Assembly (NCBI GenBank): GCA_016844925.1
Contig: JAERTI010000020.1
Coordinates: forward strand, 97-64,096
Direction of reading: 5' to 3'
DNA: 64,000 nucleotides
Source: Candidatus Uhrbacteria bacterium
Lineage (GTDB): Bacteria; Patescibacteriota; Patescibacteriia; UBA9934; GWF2-40-263
Position numbers and translations under genes: made by a program. Under the pieces are notes generated by a model. It ran no database searches. It was not told where the DNA came from and saw only the letters and a list, made by a program, of their open reading frames with translations. Shown piece after piece: positions 63,626-64,000 of the stretch (its first letter is position 1; the number at the start of each line of letters is the position of its first letter).

Positions 63626-64000
63626 ATGTCTTCAAAAGATACCAGTTCCTTGCACTGGATTCTCGGAGCCGCTTTGCTCCTCATTGGGCTGTTCGTTGTC
63701 GTCGCACTCGTGAGTGTAAACTCACAGGCTGACACCGTGAACACCCAGACTGACGTTACAAACCATTCACCAACTGTGGAGGATGTGTTCATTAACGATG
63801 CTGCATTCACCTTCTCAGATTCGTATGGTGGAGGGACCATTAACACGCTTGTTGCTGGTGGTCAGAAGACGGTCTACCTCAATGGAAACGTCAAAGATCA
63901 GAATGGACGTGGGGATATCAATAAAGTTTCAGGTGAGTTCTACAAGACTACGGCGGGCTCTGGTTGCCCTTTGGATTCAAATGATTGTTACAGGGTTGAT
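63626..64000 (+). CDS. Partial CDS (N-terminal 125 aa) of a signal-anchored/secreted protein; continues beyond the window
   Basis: ATG at 63626; MSSKDTSSLHWILGAALLLIGLFVVVALV followed by a T/N/G-rich domain. Open to the window end. Confidence 0.35.
   Translation, partial: MSSKDTSSLHWILGAALLLIGLFVVVALVSVNSQADTVNTQTDVTNHSPTVEDVFINDAAFTFSDSYGGGTINTLVAGGQKTVYLNGNVKDQNGRGDINKVSGEFYKTTAGSGCPLDSNDCYRVD

Noticed and set aside
63547-63846. Minus-strand 99-aa ORF
   Set aside because: It overlaps the better-supported plus-strand ORF starting at 63626, which has a signal-anchor N-terminus and a coherent secreted domain. There is no RBS.
1-64000. Looked for rRNA genes, CRISPR repeats, integrases and phage structural genes
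   Set aside because: None were seen. No long non-coding stretch with rRNA-like conserved motifs. No tyrosine- or serine-recombinase signatures in any ORF.

Overview
This 64 kb window looks like a small genome of about 45–50% GC with two contrasting parts. Candidate Phyla Radiation (CPR)/Patescibacteria origin is an inference from the ribosomal gene complement and the reduced enzymes below. Bases ~14.4–36.4 kb and ~45–64 kb are conserved housekeeping. This includes murA, an M50 site-2 protease, rpsL-rpsG-fusA and tuf separated by three inserted genes, the complete S10/spc ribosomal protein cluster through rplO, secY, adk and map. Further on are ruvX, recO, asnS, a short aspS, scpA/scpB, a dacA-like carboxypeptidase, a GT4 glycosyltransferase, three tRNAs, parA/parB and a minimal RelA/SpoT homologue. 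There is no rpmD (L30) between rpsE and rplO, and rpsN is the 61-aa Zn-ribbon (Z-type) form. Bases ~2.5–14.4 kb are a GC-rich accessory island (about 56–62% GC by eye). It is bracketed by two paralogous small membrane proteins (2524..2883 and 14042..14398) and by two paralogous alpha/beta hydrolases with a shared YAIGFSxG motif (5781..6509 and 13039..13959). Its core (6610..13004, minus strand) is four tandem, individually promoted and terminated paralogous genes of about 470–515 aa. I do not recognise this family. The four share a Trp-rich central motif (W-x2-AG-x3-D[WFY]...GG), a basic G-x-K-R-H-H-x-N-[FY] motif and a C-terminal module that looks like a winged helix. Their 5' regions alternate between two duplicated types. 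Type A is a terminator followed by a TTGACG promoter. Type B is a terminator followed by a TTGACA...TAGTGT promoter and a conserved leader hairpin that contains the ribosome-binding site. Other observations are listed as findings: GC-rich hpt and purine nucleoside phosphorylase genes and an isolated GC-rich gene that look horizontally acquired, a nucleotide house-cleaning cluster, a Zn-ribbon micro-ORF coupled to a DUF2779 nuclease, an NrtR-like regulator, and two apparently leaderless promoters. No CRISPR array, rRNA or obvious transposase was found. All calls come from reading the sequence and the ORF translations. No database search was run.
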